Positions 1-11,351 of a stretch of 64,000 nt of DNA are shown one piece after another (the stretch's first letter is position 1; the number at the start of each line of letters is the position of its first letter). A model generated the notes under the pieces. The model had not been told where the DNA came from, did not search any database, and saw only the letters and a list, made by a program, of their open reading frames with translations. The translations under genes were made by a program, and so were the position numbers. Source of the DNA: Tubulanus polymorphus (taxonomy: Eukaryota > Animalia > Nemertea). The stretch lies in contig NC_134034.1 in NCBI RefSeq assembly GCF_964204645.1, positions 5,430,914 to 5,494,913 of the forward strand, written 5' to 3'.

Positions 1-254
1 AAATAGATTCAGCCAAAAGTGCGCCAAGTTCCCCGTAAACAAGCGGTCCTCCTTATTACCGAGATCAACCGAGATGACATGAAATATAACATATTTATTT
101 ATTCCTTATCAATTTTAACACTTGAAATCATACTATATCAGTAATAAATGCCTGCTGGAGTCATATTTTACATATTTTGTTGGATATTTTTGTAGAAAAA
201 TAACTTAACTTTACCGAGATGAGATCGTCGATCAATCAAATTAAATGAAATTGA

Positions 255-906
255 TCAGTTGTTGAGGTGTCGGGGTGCAGAGCTGCAGAGTTGTCTGTAC
301 CAAAGCCACATTCTCTCTATAACTTTGTCAGTTGTTGAGGTGTCGAGGTGTAGAGCTGTAGAGTTGTCTGTACCAAAACCACATTCTCTCTATATCTTTG
401 TCAGTTGTTGAGGCGTCGAGGTGTAGAGTTGTCTGTACTAAAACCACATTCTCTCTATACGTTTGTCAGTTGTTGAGGTGTCGAGGTGTAGAGCTGTAGA
501 GTTGTCTGTACTAAAACCACGTTCTCTCTATATCTTTGTCAGTTGTTGAGGTGTAGAGCTGTAGAGCTGTAGAGTTGTCTGTACTAAAACCACATTCTCT
601 CTATATCTTTGTCAGTTGTTGAGGTGTCGAGGTGTAGAGCTGTAGAGTTGTCTGTACTAAAACCACGTTCTCTCTATATCTTTGTCAGTTGTTGAGGTGT
701 AGAGCTGTAGAGCTGTAGAGTTGTCTGTACTAAAACCACATTCTCTCTATATCTTTGTCAGTTGTTGAGGTGTAGAGCTGTAGAGCTGTAGAGTTGTCTG
801 TACTAAAACCACATTCTCTCTATATCTTTGTCAGTTGTTGAGTTGTAGAGGTGTAGAGTTGTCTGTACCAAAACCACGTTCTCTCTATATCTTTGTCAGT
901 TGTTGC
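255..906. repeat. Tandem array of ~60-72 bp units
   Basis: About 9-10 copies of GTCAGTTGTTGAGGTG..TAGAGTTGTCTGTACTAAAACCACATTCTCTCTATATCTTT; one further diverged unit near 2455-2512. Confidence 0.9.
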
Positions 907-1738
907 ACAGGGGCTCGTATCAGAGTTGTAGGTAATGTAACTAGGGGTCCAGGGACACCATGCCCACTTGGGAAGTGGTTCCAAATGCTCAACAATCTAA
1001 CAATTTCAATATTCAACGCCCCTGGCAACCATATACAAAAACCAATGACCTTGAAGCACACCACAATCATAGAACATGTCATGAGCTACAACTTTCTAAT
1101 TGATTGTGGTAGCAAAATACGCTTAGGTATCAATATAATGTGGAAAAACTTTTTCCCATTTACGAATGAGTACTGGCGACACCAAGATGGCCGCCAATTG
1201 CGTCATAATTGGCTGATGAAATATACCTGTCTCAGGTATAAAACATCCCTTTCCAAAGAATACCCATCACAAATTGCAATGAGAAATGGTAAACCAGTAG
1301 GAAGTTACAGGACTCAGAATTCGGGCAAAAATTAACATTTTTGGGCACTAAAAAGGTCATAGGACGGCCATCTTGAGCTCGACCGACCCAATTTTTGTTA
1401 TGTTGATGGGCCCTGGGGGGATTCACATATATCCGAAAGATCAAGGTAATTGATCGAAGCATCTTCAAAATTTCCCTAAAAAAGTTCAAAAATGTGTAGA
1501 AAGTGCTGATTTTGGAGAACAACAATGGCTGCCAGTCGGCCATCTTGATTCTGACAGGGCCAGTTTTTGAGCTGAAGATGTGTCTAGGGTAGATACATGT
1601 GTAACCCAAATATCAAGACGTTACCTTGAAGCGTCTTCAAAACTTCCCAAAATAACTGGATTCCGTCTACGGACGGACGGACGAACGAAAAGTGAACGCA
1701 ATAGCCCGCTGGGACTAAACTCCCAAGTGGGCTAAAAA
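907..1738 (+). mobile_element. Possible non-autonomous Helentron/HINE-like element
   Basis: 3' end has (ACGG)n, then a GCCC..GGGC stem-loop and an A-run (1669-1738), the usual HINE/DINE-like layout; 5' boundary approximate. Confidence 0.4.
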
Positions 1739-2417
1739 CGATAATCTGTTAATCCAATGTATATAGTATATATAAAATGACAAGGGGGCTAACGACGCTC
1801 ACAAACTACTCATCTTCAGTCGCTTACTATTTCGTTAAAATTTCTCATCCGATTTTGAAATATCCGATTTCTCATCCGATATGAAAGCTAATATCTTCCT
1901 GCTTCTAACGAAACTAATCCCGTTAACTTCCGACGAATAGTTCGTGATTTATATGTCTTTGAACGCGAAATTAGGGCCGAAATCGCCTGGACCGAAAATG
2001 CTATGACGCCGGTTTTTGCCGATTTCGAAATTTAAAACGTTGAGTTCGACACGAAAATCCTTCACCGATTTTGATGATCGAGGGCTTCAAATGTGCAAAA
2101 TATTCTATATTTTCAAAATATTGCGGTTTTTTCGTTAATCCATACGATCTTCCAGCTTTGCAAACGCGAATTTTTCGCGTTCAAAGACATATAATTCCCA
2201 AACTATTCATCAGAAGTTAACGGCATTAGTTTCGTTAGAAGCAGGAAGCTATTACCTTTCATATCTATTACCTTTCATATATGGATTATCAAAATCGGAT
2301 GAGAAATAACAAAATAGTAAGCGACTGAAGTTGAGTTGTTTGTGAGCGTCGTTAGCCCCCTTGTTATTTTATATATAGGCCTACTATATACATTGGATTA
2401 ACAGATTATCGTTTTTA
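1733..2417. mobile_element. Foldback/MITE-like palindromic element
   Basis: TAAAAACGATAATCTGTTAATCCAATG at the left end is the reverse complement of the right end; imperfect inverted arms of ~240 bp. Confidence 0.8.
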
Positions 2418-4287
2418 CATTACCTACAACTCTGAACTGATACGAGCCCCCGTGAGTTTTTGAGGTGTAGAACTGTAGAGTTGTCAGTCCTAAAAGCCAC
2501 GTTCTCTCTATCATCATGTAGGCTATGTCGCACCGCCATCTATCCACCAGTCCCTTTTGGATTGCTAAGTATCGCCAGGTACCATCTATAGACAATTTAC
2601 GGTAGCTACCACCCGCTATAGTCCCCTATTCTTAAATCGCACTGATCTCGGTTCATCTCGGTAAATTACGTCATCTTCTTGGTAATAAGGAGGACCCTAA
2701 ACAAGAGCGTTTTAGCGCAGCGACGAAAAATGTAAAACATGTTAGCTATTTGGTGATTGCCAAAATGTCCTGGAACAAGAGCCCCATGGGGCTTGACGCG
2801 GCAGCTTTCAGATGTTTTAAAGCTCTACTACCACAGTACAGTTTGTAGTGTAGTAGTAGTTACTTAGGTTTAGGATAGGTATGTTCATGTCCGCGCGGGG
2901 CGCCACTATCGATTGTGATGACCATTATTGATTAGGAAAAGTGTGATGCGCGTTTTTACATCGCGTAGTAAAATCATTCATAAAACCTGTCTATCAATGC
3001 AAATGAGCTAAAATCTTTTGGAATCAACCAATAAGATCGATCTTTATCACTTGGGGGTTGGTTTAGAGTATAAATCCGCATTTTAGTCGAAGAAAATAGA
3101 AATCGAAATATACCCTTTTTCAAGAGCAAAATTCGTCAGCTAACGACCCGTGATAAGCGACGAATCATCAGGAATCGGAAGGTTTAGGATCTTAAAATTC
3201 AAATACTGAAGACCGCATGATTTTATTTCGTGTCGGGGCTGAGTTTCTTTTGCGCGCGGATCGCCACTACGCTCCCGTCGGTAAAGCGGCTGTTGAAAGA
3301 GGGAGGCGTCTAATGGGATAAATTGAGGCTTGTGACGGGCAAAAATAGAGGCGCGTGATGGGACAATGAGGCTTTTCCAAAAGCAGCAAAATTGAAATAT
3401 ATATAAAAAATTGTTGAAATTTAGCTCAAAACAAATGGATTATTATTTAGTTATTATAAGTAGTATCATTACTATTGCTTGGTTTATGTTTCTAAACTGA
3501 TTGGTTTTATTATGATATCATGAATATATTTCAAATTTCAGCGTTTTGAGCTAGGCCAAGCCTAATTTTCTGCTTTTCTTAACTAAAATTCATTTAGCAA
3601 ATAATATATAAAATTGGTATATTTAAATCAATTTGCAATAGGAGCCTATGGCTATAGAACTAACTGACAGGCCTTGATAATCATGTTTATTCATTTCAAA
3701 AATCATGTAGTGAAAAAAATAATTTCTCAATATTTCTCAATATTTCACATTTTTTCTTGCCGTTACCATGGAAACCTAATAATAATAATCTATATAATAA
3801 TAGAAATTCCTAGATAAACTTAGGGCAAACATAAACTATTGATAACTAGTTATTCTATCCCCTTTCTACATCATAACTTTTGATCTAACATCGATATTTT
3901 CATTATTTTACCATTTTTCGGCTGGTTTCCATGGAAACCATAGGCATTTGGAATCAGATAAAAATTTTGGGTCTGTCAACTGTCACCTGAAAGTGCTATG
4001 AGTGTATTGCTCTTTAAATTTCTAGTCTATCTCTTTTTGTTTAAGAGATATTGAAGTTTGTTTACATGAAATATTGCCTTCTTAGATCACAGTTTTTGTG
4101 TATTGAAACATGAAGACACTTTTCGCTCAAATTTTCAAACTTCAATTTGCGATATCTCGAAAACTACTGAAGATAATTCAAAAATTTTAAAAGCATATTG
4201 TTATTTGAACCCTCCCCATTCCAACAAGCTTTCTTTCAGTAAGATTGGAGCTATTTGAATTTTTTATGGATATAGCTACTTAGGACC

Positions 4288-5998
4288 TAGTTAGTTACCT
4301 AATCGTTGGTGGTAAGCTTTTTATAATCAGATGGGCTTATACCAACGTTAGGGATGACAAGGACCAAAACACGGTTGAAAAAAGTAACACTTCAAAAATA
4401 TATTTTCTATTCACTTCAGTCCACAGTTAATGGCTTAATTCACAAACTAACACAGGTACCTTTCGAAATAATCCAATTTTATGTATGTTTCGAGTGATTA
4501 ATTATCATTATTTTGAGAAATTAATTAATTTCTCCACAAATTTCGCCATTGGCCGCCATTTCTCTGTATTGCACATGTGGCATGATAAGACAAGGGGACC
4601 TACAAGGATTTATATAAAACTTTCAAGACGAAACAACAATTTTTATTTTTGATGGTTTTCCAACTTATATTTCAAATCTTCGTGTTTTCCATAATATATA
4701 ATCCAATAATAAATTCTGGTAAAAGAAAAATGTGATTAAGTGTTGATTTCTTAGTTTTTTTTCAATTTCGTTTCGCTTCGTTAGTTTGTGCTGTTGTCCT
4801 GGCCTCAGTCCACACTCACAGGTGCCAGCACCTCCAGTAATTTTCAAAATGGCAGCTGTTGACTCCATGGATATTTACTCTCACTTTAAGGCCGATTTGC
4901 ACATGGATTAAGATCGTCAGGTGAGGTGTTATAGGTATCAGATAGTCAGTAACCTGTCTGTGGTTTAGTTTCACGATCGGATATTTTCACAAACCACAGT
5001 CAGGAATGGGAAGGTCATTTTTGTATGAAATCTTCGTCAGCCAATTTGACTGACGAGTAATTTGCCTGGCATTTCATTGTCTCTTAAGATATCCGTCAAA
5101 TTTTTGTTGTAATCGACACACAACAGATTCGTAGTTTGTCTGATACCTATAATACCTCACCTGACGATCTTAATCCATGTGCAAATCGGCCGTAAAGTGA
5201 GAGTAAATTTCCGTAGAGTCAACAGCTGCCATTTTGAAAATTACTGGAGGTGCTGGCACCTGTGGACTGAGGCCAGGACAACAGCACAAACTAACGAAGC
5301 GAAACGACGAAATTGAAAAATATTAAGAAATCAACACTTATTCACATTTTTCTTTTACCAGAATTTATTATTTCATAATTTATAATGGAAAACACGAAGA
5401 TTTGAAATATAGGTTGGAAAACCATCAAAAATAAAAATTGTCGTTTCGTCTTGAAAGTTTTATCTAAATCCTTGTAGGTCCCCTTGTCTTATCATGCCAC
5501 ATGTGCAATACAGAGAAATGGCGGCCAATGGCGAAATTTGTAAGGAAATTAATTAATTTCTCAAAATAATGTTGATTAATCACTCGAAACATACATAGAC
5601 TTGGATTATTTCGAAAGCTACCTGTGTTAGTTTGTGAATTAAGCCATTAATTGTGGACTGAAGTGGATAGAAAGTATATTTTTGAAATGTTACTTTTTTC
5701 AACCGTGTTTTGGTCCTTGTCATCCCTAACGTTGGTATAAGCCCATCCGATTATAAAAAGCTTACCACCAACGATTAGGTAACTAACTAGGTATCAGACA
5801 AACTAAGAATCTGTTTTGCGTCGATTACAACAAAAATTAGACGGATATCTTAAGAGACAATGAAATGCCAGGCAAATTACTCGTCAGTCAAATTGGCTGA
5901 CGAAGATTTCATACAAAAATGACCTTCCCATTCCTGACTGTGGTTTGTGAAAATATCCGATCGTGAAACCAAACCACAGACAGGTTACTGACTGACTA
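4288..5998. mobile_element. Non-autonomous Academ-like TIR element (outer copy)
   Basis: Ends TAGTTAGTTACC ... GGTTACTGACT(GACT)A; interrupted by an inverted copy of itself; own TSD not recognisable. Confidence 0.65.
4943..5789 (-). mobile_element. Inner inverted copy of the same element (AcademH-like: TAG ends, 9-bp TSD)
   Basis: Ends TAGTCAGTAACC ... GGTAACTAACTA; exact 9-bp TSD GGTATCAGA at 4934-4942 and 5790-5798. Confidence 0.8.
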
Positions 5999-6540
5999 CT
6001 GACTGTACACGCCCGCCCCTTATTCTCAATTGTCGGGCTACAATTGTCAGCTGTGACGATTCCATGTGACTGAACTAAAGCGTATATATTTATTACTCAA
6101 CACGATAAACACTCACTTGACGATGATATGCAGAGATACCAAAGATGCCGGTGAATTTCTGAGGCAATCACGTAATAAGCGTGCGCCGGTGAATCTGGCT
6201 CACAGCAAAAGAGAGCATGTTGACTCTGCGCATCGCACGTAGCGCCGCAAATACAAAGTCACTTTATTGATATATAGCTTAACGAGATGATTGCGCGCCG
6301 GGTCCCGAACTCTGATTCACACGAATAGTTTTCTCGCAGACTACGTGATGACATCTTCACCCTGACATCTTCACCCGTCAAGGGATTCGAACCCACTACG
6401 CTAAAGCCGTTCCCCAAACCCCTTGACCTCATGAGTCGTTTTGAATGTGGTTGTCTCATGAATCGCAGAACTTGGAGTCGTTTGCCGACCGGAATCAGGT
6501 CGGGCTAATAACGTGACCAGCTTAAAACGACATTAGACTT

Positions 6541-6731
6541 GAGACGAGAAGATACACAATATCCGTGTAAGATGATAACGAGAGAAATTCCACAATAAAT
6601 TCAGCCAAAACGAGAAACTGAATAGAAGAGTATACTTGCGCAACGTTAAAGACTACATCATCAGGGTACTGAGCCAACAGGAGAATATTACAAGATATTT
6701 ATACCAAAACAATAGAAACAGAGTGAGTGAT
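6541..6731 (-). mobile_element. Penelope-like remnant, left part (tail plus inverted pseudo-LTR), split by Polinton A
   Basis: 6579-6634 is an inverted repeat of 24657-24712; 13-bp TSD CGACATTAGACTT at 6528-6540 and 24714-24726; tail motif ACACAATATCCGTGT matches the Penelope at 59805. Confidence 0.7.
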
Positions 6732-7254
6732 AGTAATAGGGATAATAGGCTTTCATACCAAAGGTCGAAGGGTCGAGCTCGTAAAAAAATGAAAATAATA
6801 ATTTACAGTTGAATTAGTCGCGCACACTCCTAATTCAACTGTAAATTATTATTATTTTCATTTTTACTCACCCGCCCCTTCAACCTTTGATATGAAAGCC
6901 TATTATCCCTATTACTCTTAAAATATTCACATATATATGAATAACATTTAAATCATTGAACTTCTAAAATCAATTTTAATAAAAAATATAGTATTAAAAT
7001 GGAAGCAAATAAATACTACTGCCCAACATGTAAGATAAGTATAGATAAATCCCAAAAAGCAAGACACAATAAAACTATAACACATTTAGAGAATAAATTG
7101 AAATTAGAATATGAAGATGATATATTAGAAACTAAATTAGAAGAATTAAAGAATGAAAAAGAAACATATAAATGTGATACATGTAATCAATCATTCAGTG
7201 ATAAAAGATATTATAAAGAACATTTAAAATCTATAAGTCATATTAGAAATAAGA
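6732..7254 (+). repeat. Left TIR of A (523 bp), with terminal 185-bp palindrome at 6732-6916
   Basis: Reverse complement of 23926-24450 apart from a 2-nt homopolymer difference and about one substitution. Confidence 0.97.
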
Positions 7255-7262
7255 GACCTTAG
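6999..7262 (+). CDS. TIR-duplicated N-terminus of pPolB (two C2H2/matrin-like zinc fingers), truncated
   Basis: First 85 aa identical to the ORF starting at 24181; CPTC..H..H and CDTC..H..H. Confidence 0.6.
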   Translation: MEANKYYCPTCKISIDKSQKARHNKTITHLENKLKLEYEDDILETKLEELKNEKETYKCDTCNQSFSDKRYYKEHLKSISHIRNKRP

Positions 7263-8289
7263 TCGTTTTACAAACAACTACAATCATATAGTACATTTGT
7301 TACATGTTATTATAAGAGAGTGCTTCATTTGAATATTGATCAATCAAACAGGTGTTGCACAACGTTGTTGTTATATAATAAGCACGCACGCAGTACATAC
7401 AACACACACAAGCCAGTTAGCCGGTATTGAATTACTGCGTTTTCATTAGTTGCTGAAAGCGAGGTTTATTTAAATTAGCTCGGCCGTGACGATAGGAGGA
7501 TAGTCATCATTCTATCGTGATTAAAAGGAATATTTCAATGTTTTTACGGTAAGTTTTAGCAAAATTGCCCTATCCTCGACCTATAGAGTTTTCAGGGGAT
7601 AAGCATCCCATTATTGAAAGGCGCCACGGGACGCTTATCCCCCGTCATTTCTACTTACACCCCCGGCGACCCACATCAACCGAGATCTCCTTCAATGATT
7701 GGTAGAAATCACATTATATTAAAGGCGCCTAATGTAATTTCTACCAACCTCGAAATTCGAAACCGAAGGAGAAACCCGGAGAGTGGACGAAGGTGCATTT
7801 TCAAAATGCCTCTGCTGGCCAGAGCTACTCCAGTGGTTGAATGAATTACCTTATATACTTAGCTAAAACACCTAAGTAAATGTTGTTGGTGTTAAAAAAA
7901 TATGTGAAATTTGAAATTATAAATTATTCCGAATGAAAAGAATGTAAGAATGAAAACTGATAAATGAATTATGTATTTTTAACTTCATTATGATATAATT
8001 TTTAATCAAATTAGTAATCAATTACTATATTAATTGATTAACAAATTCAAATATTCATTTTAGCACTCAGTGCTCCCATCTTTCAATTTAAGAAAAAACT
8101 AATAATAAGAAACGACTGTAATACAATATTCAAATAAAAACAAAATAAATTAATAAAAATAATGATTATCTAGAATCCGAAATGACTTATCTGGACAATT
8201 TAATTGCTCCACATAGATAGACAAAAGTAGTGAGATATTCAATTATTTTTTTTCATACTCATCACCACAAGTAATTTTTTTCCTAATAA

Positions 8290-8964
8290 ATGGAACCAGA
8301 ACAACCACAAATTATCAATATTACAAATAACACTGGTGTTATAAACATATATTACAAAAAGTGTTCTAAATGTGAATTAGATAAATCATTAACAGAATTT
8401 AGTAAGCGTAAGATTAGCAAAGATGGTTTTCAATATTACTGTAAAACTTGCATTAAACTATATACCAAACAATACCGAGAAGATAATAGAGAATCTTATA
8501 ATGATTATATGACAGAATATATGAGAGAAAGATATCAAACAGATCTTAATTTTAGATTAAAACAATGTTTACGGTCTAGATTAACACAATTATTCAACAA
8601 AGAAACACATTCAGAAACATTAACTAATTTGTTGGGTTGTTCAGATGAATTTCTCAAATCATGGATTATATTTCAATTCGATGATAAAATGAATATAGAT
8701 AATTATGGGGATTATTACCATATTGATCACGTGTTACCAATATCTAAATTTAACATGAACGATGAATACAATAAAAAACTTATTTGGAATTGGAAAAATT
8801 TAAGACCTTTAGAAAAGAAAGAAAATCAAATCAAATCTAATAAAATAGATTTACAGTTATATTTGAATCAACTGGAAAAAGTAAAAAAATTTATTGATTG
8901 GTGGAATAGTAACCCACAGAATGAACAATATGTTGAGGAATTTGATATCAAGGATCCGAAATGA
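8290..8964 (+). CDS. HNH-family endonuclease with N-terminal CxxC zinc ribbon (giant-virus-like)
   Basis: KKCSKC...CKTC; YHIDHVLP...WNWKNLRPL..EN..KSN. Confidence 0.8.
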   Translation: MEPEQPQIINITNNTGVINIYYKKCSKCELDKSLTEFSKRKISKDGFQYYCKTCIKLYTKQYREDNRESYNDYMTEYMRERYQTDLNFRLKQCLRSRLTQLFNKETHSETLTNLLGCSDEFLKSWIIFQFDDKMNIDNYGDYYHIDHVLPISKFNMNDEYNKKLIWNWKNLRPLEKKENQIKSNKIDLQLYLNQLEKVKKFIDWWNSNPQNEQYVEEFDIKDPK

Positions 8965-9265
8965 CTTATCTGGACAGTTATAGTTACTGCTCCTAATAGA
9001 TAAACAAAAGTAGTGAGATATCAAATAGAATTCAAATAAAATATATTAAAAAAACAATAACTTCAACTGCTAGTGAATTCTGTTATATTTTTAATATTTT
9101 CTTTTCAAAAAGAGAATACTTTATATTTTGAATAGATTCAAATAGAAATTCTTTAAATTCAAATAGCTAGTATCAGTAGTCAATACTAGAATTCTTTAGC
9201 TTTAACTAGCTAGTATCATTTTATAATACTTATAATATTTTTCTTATTAAATTTCTCTAATATAA

Positions 9266-9868
9266 ATGTCAAAGAAATCTAATAAGAATAGTATTGATAT
9301 TGAAAAGACATTAGATGATTTAGGTATTAGTGATAATAAAGATACAGTTGCAACTAATTGTGCTCAAGTTAATAACAATATAGATTATGAATACTACTTA
9401 TATTGTAAGCATCATCTTGAATTATTAATTGCTGGCGGGAAATCTAAGGACTTCTTAGGAAAAATAATAACTTTTCAAGAACTAGACTCTATGAAACCCG
9501 ATAAAGTAATCAAATATTTTAAGATTTATGAAGAGGCAAGATTAGCTAGAATAAATGATTCTATTTCAGATGGTATTGTCAAATGTTATTCAAAATTATG
9601 TAACCAGTTAATACCAATTGATGATGAAAATAAATTATATAATGATTTGAAAAATGACTATTTAGTTATGACTGAATTACAAAAATGGGTTGGATATGCT
9701 TCATTTCAATTAGGATCGGTTATGACATTAATTTCTACTGGAGTTATAACATTTTCGAACATCAAACCTATGGAATATAAATCAGGTAAGAACGAAACAG
9801 ATGTACTACAACCAAACGTCGAAACAGAAAATGAATCAAAACAAAAATTAACTAAAATAAATGAGTGA
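9266..9868 (+). CDS. Conserved hypothetical protein with a hydrophobic segment near the C-terminus
   Basis: TAAATG start; homologue in copy C (starting at 57494, minus strand). Confidence 0.8.
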   Translation: MSKKSNKNSIDIEKTLDDLGISDNKDTVATNCAQVNNNIDYEYYLYCKHHLELLIAGGKSKDFLGKIITFQELDSMKPDKVIKYFKIYEEARLARINDSISDGIVKCYSKLCNQLIPIDDENKLYNDLKNDYLVMTELQKWVGYASFQLGSVMTLISTGVITFSNIKPMEYKSGKNETDVLQPNVETENESKQKLTKINE

Positions 9869-10247
9869 TGGAGTTAAGAAAAAGGCTAGATCAGAGAAAC
9901 AAATTAAATGGGTAAGAGAATTAGGTAAAAGATCATCAGAATTAAAAAAAGCTAAGAAAAAGAAATTAACTGATATAAATGAATCACCTGATGATGCCGT
10001 ACGGCACCCACACGGTGGTATTGATTCAAATGATAATCCATCTAATTCTTCTAATGCTGGAAGTAATTATAAATTATATATTACAATTGGATTAGTAACA
10101 GTTATTATATTATCCGGTGTAATATATAAATCAAAATTCAAATCTGATGATAAAGATGATTCCAATGATAACAAACATATTATACCAGAAAATAAGTCAA
10201 ATCATAAATCAAATGAAAATAAATCTAAAATATTATTAATGGATTAA
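9861..10247 (+). CDS. Hypothetical single-pass membrane protein with basic N-terminus
   Basis: LYITIGLVTVIILSGVIY segment; homologue at 53368-53723. Confidence 0.8.
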   Translation: MSDGVKKKARSEKQIKWVRELGKRSSELKKAKKKKLTDINESPDDAVRHPHGGIDSNDNPSNSSNAGSNYKLYITIGLVTVIILSGVIYKSKFKSDDKDDSNDNKHIIPENKSNHKSNENKSKILLMD

Positions 10248-10250
10248 AAT

Positions 10251-11351
10251 ATGATGAAAAAAGAACAATATTTAAGAGATTTATATTATAACCCAGAAAG
10301 TGAAGTATCATATTCTAACGTTTCGGAATTATGGGATAAAATTAAATCTGATAAAGAAAAAATAAAATATAGTGAATTAAAATCATGGTTACAAAATCAA
10401 CCCACATATCAAATTCATAAAAAGATGGATAAAAAATATTTAACAAGAAAAGTAATGGTTTCATATATTGACCAACAATGGCAAGCTGATTTAATTGACA
10501 TGAAAAACTTAGAAGAATATAACAAAGGATATTTTTGGATACTAAATGTTATAGATATATTCAGTAGATACGCATGGAGTATCCCGATTAAAAATAAAAC
10601 TGGTATAGAAGTTACAAATTCTTTCAAATTAATATTTAAAGAAGCTATCCCAGATAAAATACAATTTGATGAAGGTAAAGAATTTTATAACAAACATTTT
10701 AAAAAACTATTAACTGATAACGATGTAGAATATTTTTCAACACATTCAGATAAAAAAGCATCCGTTATAGAAAGATTTAATAAAACATTGAAAACTAGAA
10801 TGTGGAAATATTTCACCGCTAATGAAACATATAAATATATCGATGAGTCTATAAATATATTAGATGATTTAGTTAAAGGTTATAATAATTCTAAACATAG
10901 TTCTATAAATATGAAACCTATACAAGCTAGAAAAGAAGAAAATTCAGAAATAGTTTGGAATAATTTATATGGTGCGTTTGTTACACATGATTTTGGAGAA
11001 CCTAAATTTAAAATTGGACAACATGTTAGAATTTCTAAATATAGAAAAACATTTTATAAAGGTTATACCCCTAATTTTACTGAAGAAATATTTAAAATTA
11101 AAAAGATAATATTAACTAAACCATTTGTTTATAAATTGTTTGATTTAAAAGATGAAGAAATATTAGGTTATTTTTATGAACAAGAATTATCATTAGTACC
11201 AAACCCAGATGAAATAGAATACAAAATAGAAAAGGTATTGAAAACAAAAACTCTTAAAGGAAAAAAGTATTCTTTGGTGAAATATAAAGGGTATGATGAT
11301 AAATTTAATGAATGGATTTTATCTAGTAAAATTAAAAGAATAAATGAATAA
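10251..11351 (+). CDS. Retroviral-like (rve) integrase with C-terminal chromodomain
   Basis: WQADLIDM, IQFDEGKEF and VIERFNKT supply the DDE residues; YKIEKVL..YSLVKYKGY..FNEW chromodomain. Confidence 0.95.
   Translation: MMKKEQYLRDLYYNPESEVSYSNVSELWDKIKSDKEKIKYSELKSWLQNQPTYQIHKKMDKKYLTRKVMVSYIDQQWQADLIDMKNLEEYNKGYFWILNVIDIFSRYAWSIPIKNKTGIEVTNSFKLIFKEAIPDKIQFDEGKEFYNKHFKKLLTDNDVEYFSTHSDKKASVIERFNKTLKTRMWKYFTANETYKYIDESINILDDLVKGYNNSKHSSINMKPIQARKEENSEIVWNNLYGAFVTHDFGEPKFKIGQHVRISKYRKTFYKGYTPNFTEEIFKIKKIILTKPFVYKLFDLKDEEILGYFYEQELSLVPNPDEIEYKIEKVLKTKTLKGKKYSLVKYKGYDDKFNEWILSSKIKRINE

Larger units (their letters stand above)
44..2697. mobile_element. Non-autonomous TIR DNA transposon containing a tandem array and nested elements
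   Basis: TIR GGTCCTCCTTATTACC (45-60) and GGTAATAAGGAGGACC (2681-2696); subterminal ACCGAGAT motifs inverted at both ends; 8-bp direct repeat TAAACAAG at 36-43 and 2698-2705. Confidence 0.75.

Noticed and set aside
255-906. Possible CRISPR array
   Set aside because: Head-to-tail tandem units with no unique spacers, no cas genes, eukaryotic context.
835-1609. 166-, 65- and 125-aa ORFs
   Set aside because: Overlap repeat boundaries, no motifs, lie in non-autonomous repeat DNA.
6781-6870. Poxvirus concatemer resolution sequence in the hairpin
   Set aside because: T-run and TAAAT are present but not in the T6-N7-9-YAAAW order and spacing.
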